DNA of 64,000 nucleotides from the NCBI GenBank assembly GCA_030390025.1, contig CM059431.1, positions 117,802,001 through 117,866,000 of the forward strand, written 5' to 3'. The position numbers were made by a program, and so were the translations under genes. Positions 62,282 to 64,000 of this stretch are shown one piece after another. The notes under the pieces were generated by a model. That model had not been told where the DNA came from. It was given only the letters and a program-made list of their open reading frames with translations, and did not search any database. Source of the DNA: Squalus acanthias (taxonomy: Eukaryota). Each line of letters opens with the position of its first letter. The stretch's first letter is position 1.

Positions 62282-62639
62282 GACTGGGAGCAAGTGGGTT
62301 GAGCAGAACCCTTGAAGTCAGAAGCAAGGCCTTCTCCATCTGCAACACCACTCCCTGTCACCTCACCAATTTTAAATAGCTGTAGAAAGCTCCAAACACT
62401 TGCACAAACTTACTCAGAGCCAGTAGAAATCAAAAAGCAAGTTTCCTGAAAGTTGTTGATGATCCCTTTAAATACTGCGGGTGGGGGTCCCTCGTGCAGA
62501 TGAACGCACCTTCAGCTATGTGTGCTTTGGACAGGGCGTGCAGTCAAGCAGCAATGTCCAAAATAGCAGGTGATGTCATGATCTGTCGCATTAGCATTCT
62601 TCTGGTGAATGCAAGCAATGGCCGCGCTACCGACCTGTT

Positions 62640-63320
62640 TGGGTACAAAGTAATCTCCGAGGTGGAACACATAAAAGAAAATCTAGCAAAAAGGATCTCG
62701 CACCCATACCAGAGACCACCTGATTCTCTGAACGTTGAATGGATAGACAATCTGTTGGGCTCCATTACAGGCATGCAATCCTTCCCATTTGATTTTCTTC
62801 TATGTGTTCTGCTCAAGTGATTAGTTAATACCTGAGTGCAAAAGAGGAAGATATGCCCCAAAGACCTTTACCAGTAACTAATACTCTCATCTCCCTTTAA
62901 GAAGCAGCCTTGAGCAAGCCGAGACCTAGAACTCCCATCCATCCAGTTTTATATGGGCCAGGTGCACAGTGTGGGGAAGCCTCGTCAGAAGTAAGATTCA
63001 GCGTTGGACCAGTTTCAATGCATTTCAAATGCCACAGGCAGAACCACACAAAATCAGGCCTGTCATGCATTTGGAACAAATTCTTTTGTCCGTTATTTTA
63101 ACTGAGGCTTTAAACCATTTAAAATATTTGGGAGTTCATTCTGTGGTCCCAAAAAGAGAAATCTCTGTCCATTATGTCCTCCGTTGAAAGGTTCAGCTCA
63201 TGTTTTGTTACTTTCAGTTTCTTGACATTCTCCACTAAATATTTTGCTTAGCATTGTTGGTGAAATTCGTATTATGTGTCAAGTCTGCAATGCCTACCTT
63301 ACTGTATTATTTAACTGCAA
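62640..63320 (-). pseudogene. Probable Mutator/MULE transposase relic
   Basis: Ordered motifs IADLTHNTN, KITDK, PDFVWFCLWH, YW, TNHLSRTHRRK across broken frames. Confidence 0.45.
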
Positions 63321-63754
63321 TTATTTGTACCATGGTATAATTATACATCTTATCCAGTAGATGATTTATTTTGAGGCTGTTTTGGAAAATTTGACGGAAA
63401 AAGCTCGGTGGAGTTTTTCCTGCAAAAGTCTGCTTAAATTGCCTTTCCGTCCACCACCTGGAAAGTAGCCCAGAGGTGATTCATGAGCGATGAAAAATAC
63501 ATCAGTGTTACAAACTCCACTGTGCTGCTTGCAAAGTACGTTGAAGAGTTCACAGCTGACATACATAAAACTACAGCAGCGTCCTCCTTGGAATAGTTTG
63601 ACAGGTAGCAGCATTTAGTAAACTCAACTGTCAGTGTCTTTGTATCAAAATATATATTTCATTAATGTAATGAAATACAGGAAAACATGCGGAAATTATC
63701 CACTCTACCTCCAAACTATACACATTGATGTTTCTTTGACATACATCATTAAGC

Positions 63755-63892
63755 GGTCATGATGCGGAGATGCCGGTGTTGGACTGGGGTGGACAAAATT
63801 GAGAGGTCGCACAACACCAGGTTATAGTCCAACAGTTTTATTTGAAATCACAAGCTTTTGGAGCTATCGATTGCCCCTTCCTCAGGTGAAGT
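63755..63892 (-). mobile_element. Pseudo-LTR fragment of a second Penelope-like family
   Basis: Hammerhead motif followed by AATAAA on minus. Confidence 0.6.
63848..63889 (-). ncRNA. Degenerate minimal hammerhead ribozyme (GAAA changed to AAAA)
   Basis: TCAC-CTGAGGA-A-GGGGC aatcgata GCTCC-AAAAGCTT-GTGA. Confidence 0.6.
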
Positions 63893-64000
63893 AAATAGAT
63901 ACAGAATCGCCAAAGCATATATAGATAGACAACAAAGCATGTGTACCTTACAATTGCAGACATTACATCATTAACCCATGGAATTCCATCTTTGAGGAAT

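Larger units (their letters stand above)
59095..62635. mobile_element. Harbinger element C (right TIR missing)
   Basis: GGGGGTGAAATTGG start; Myb (+) and transposase (-) homologous to element B. Confidence 0.8.

Noticed and set aside
62636..62832. Possible host exon on minus (good acceptor at 62832; a donor could be restored by removing Harbinger C)
   Set aside because: No recognisable host protein; the sequence is better explained as part of the MULE-like relic, though not excluded

Overview
This is eukaryotic, vertebrate-type DNA, most likely a cartilaginous fish (inferred from the repeat families). It is almost entirely nested transposable elements and I can support no host gene. It contains Penelope-like elements with three hammerhead ribozyme motifs, several CR1 LINEs (one full-length with an intact ORF1), and L2, RTE and other LINE fragments. 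There are four two-gene PIF/Harbinger transposons (DDE transposase plus an intron-containing Myb/SANT gene) and many related MITEs. Two pol-less LTR elements (PBS-Lys with an env relic; PBS-His) share an internal non-coding segment, and there is a solo LTR plus very old Harbinger and probable Mutator transposase relics. The most interesting signals are three. (1) A U_UUA_AAC slippery heptamer precedes the ORF1 stop in three divergent CR1 copies, with ORF2 open in the -1 frame in two of them, suggesting programmed -1 frameshifting. (2) A gag-env-only LTR element has an env that resembles F-type fusion proteins. (3) A ~1 kb module is shared by two LTR elements with unrelated LTRs, primers and TSD lengths. 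Boundaries without a stated TSD are approximate, and family names come from motif recognition, not database searches.
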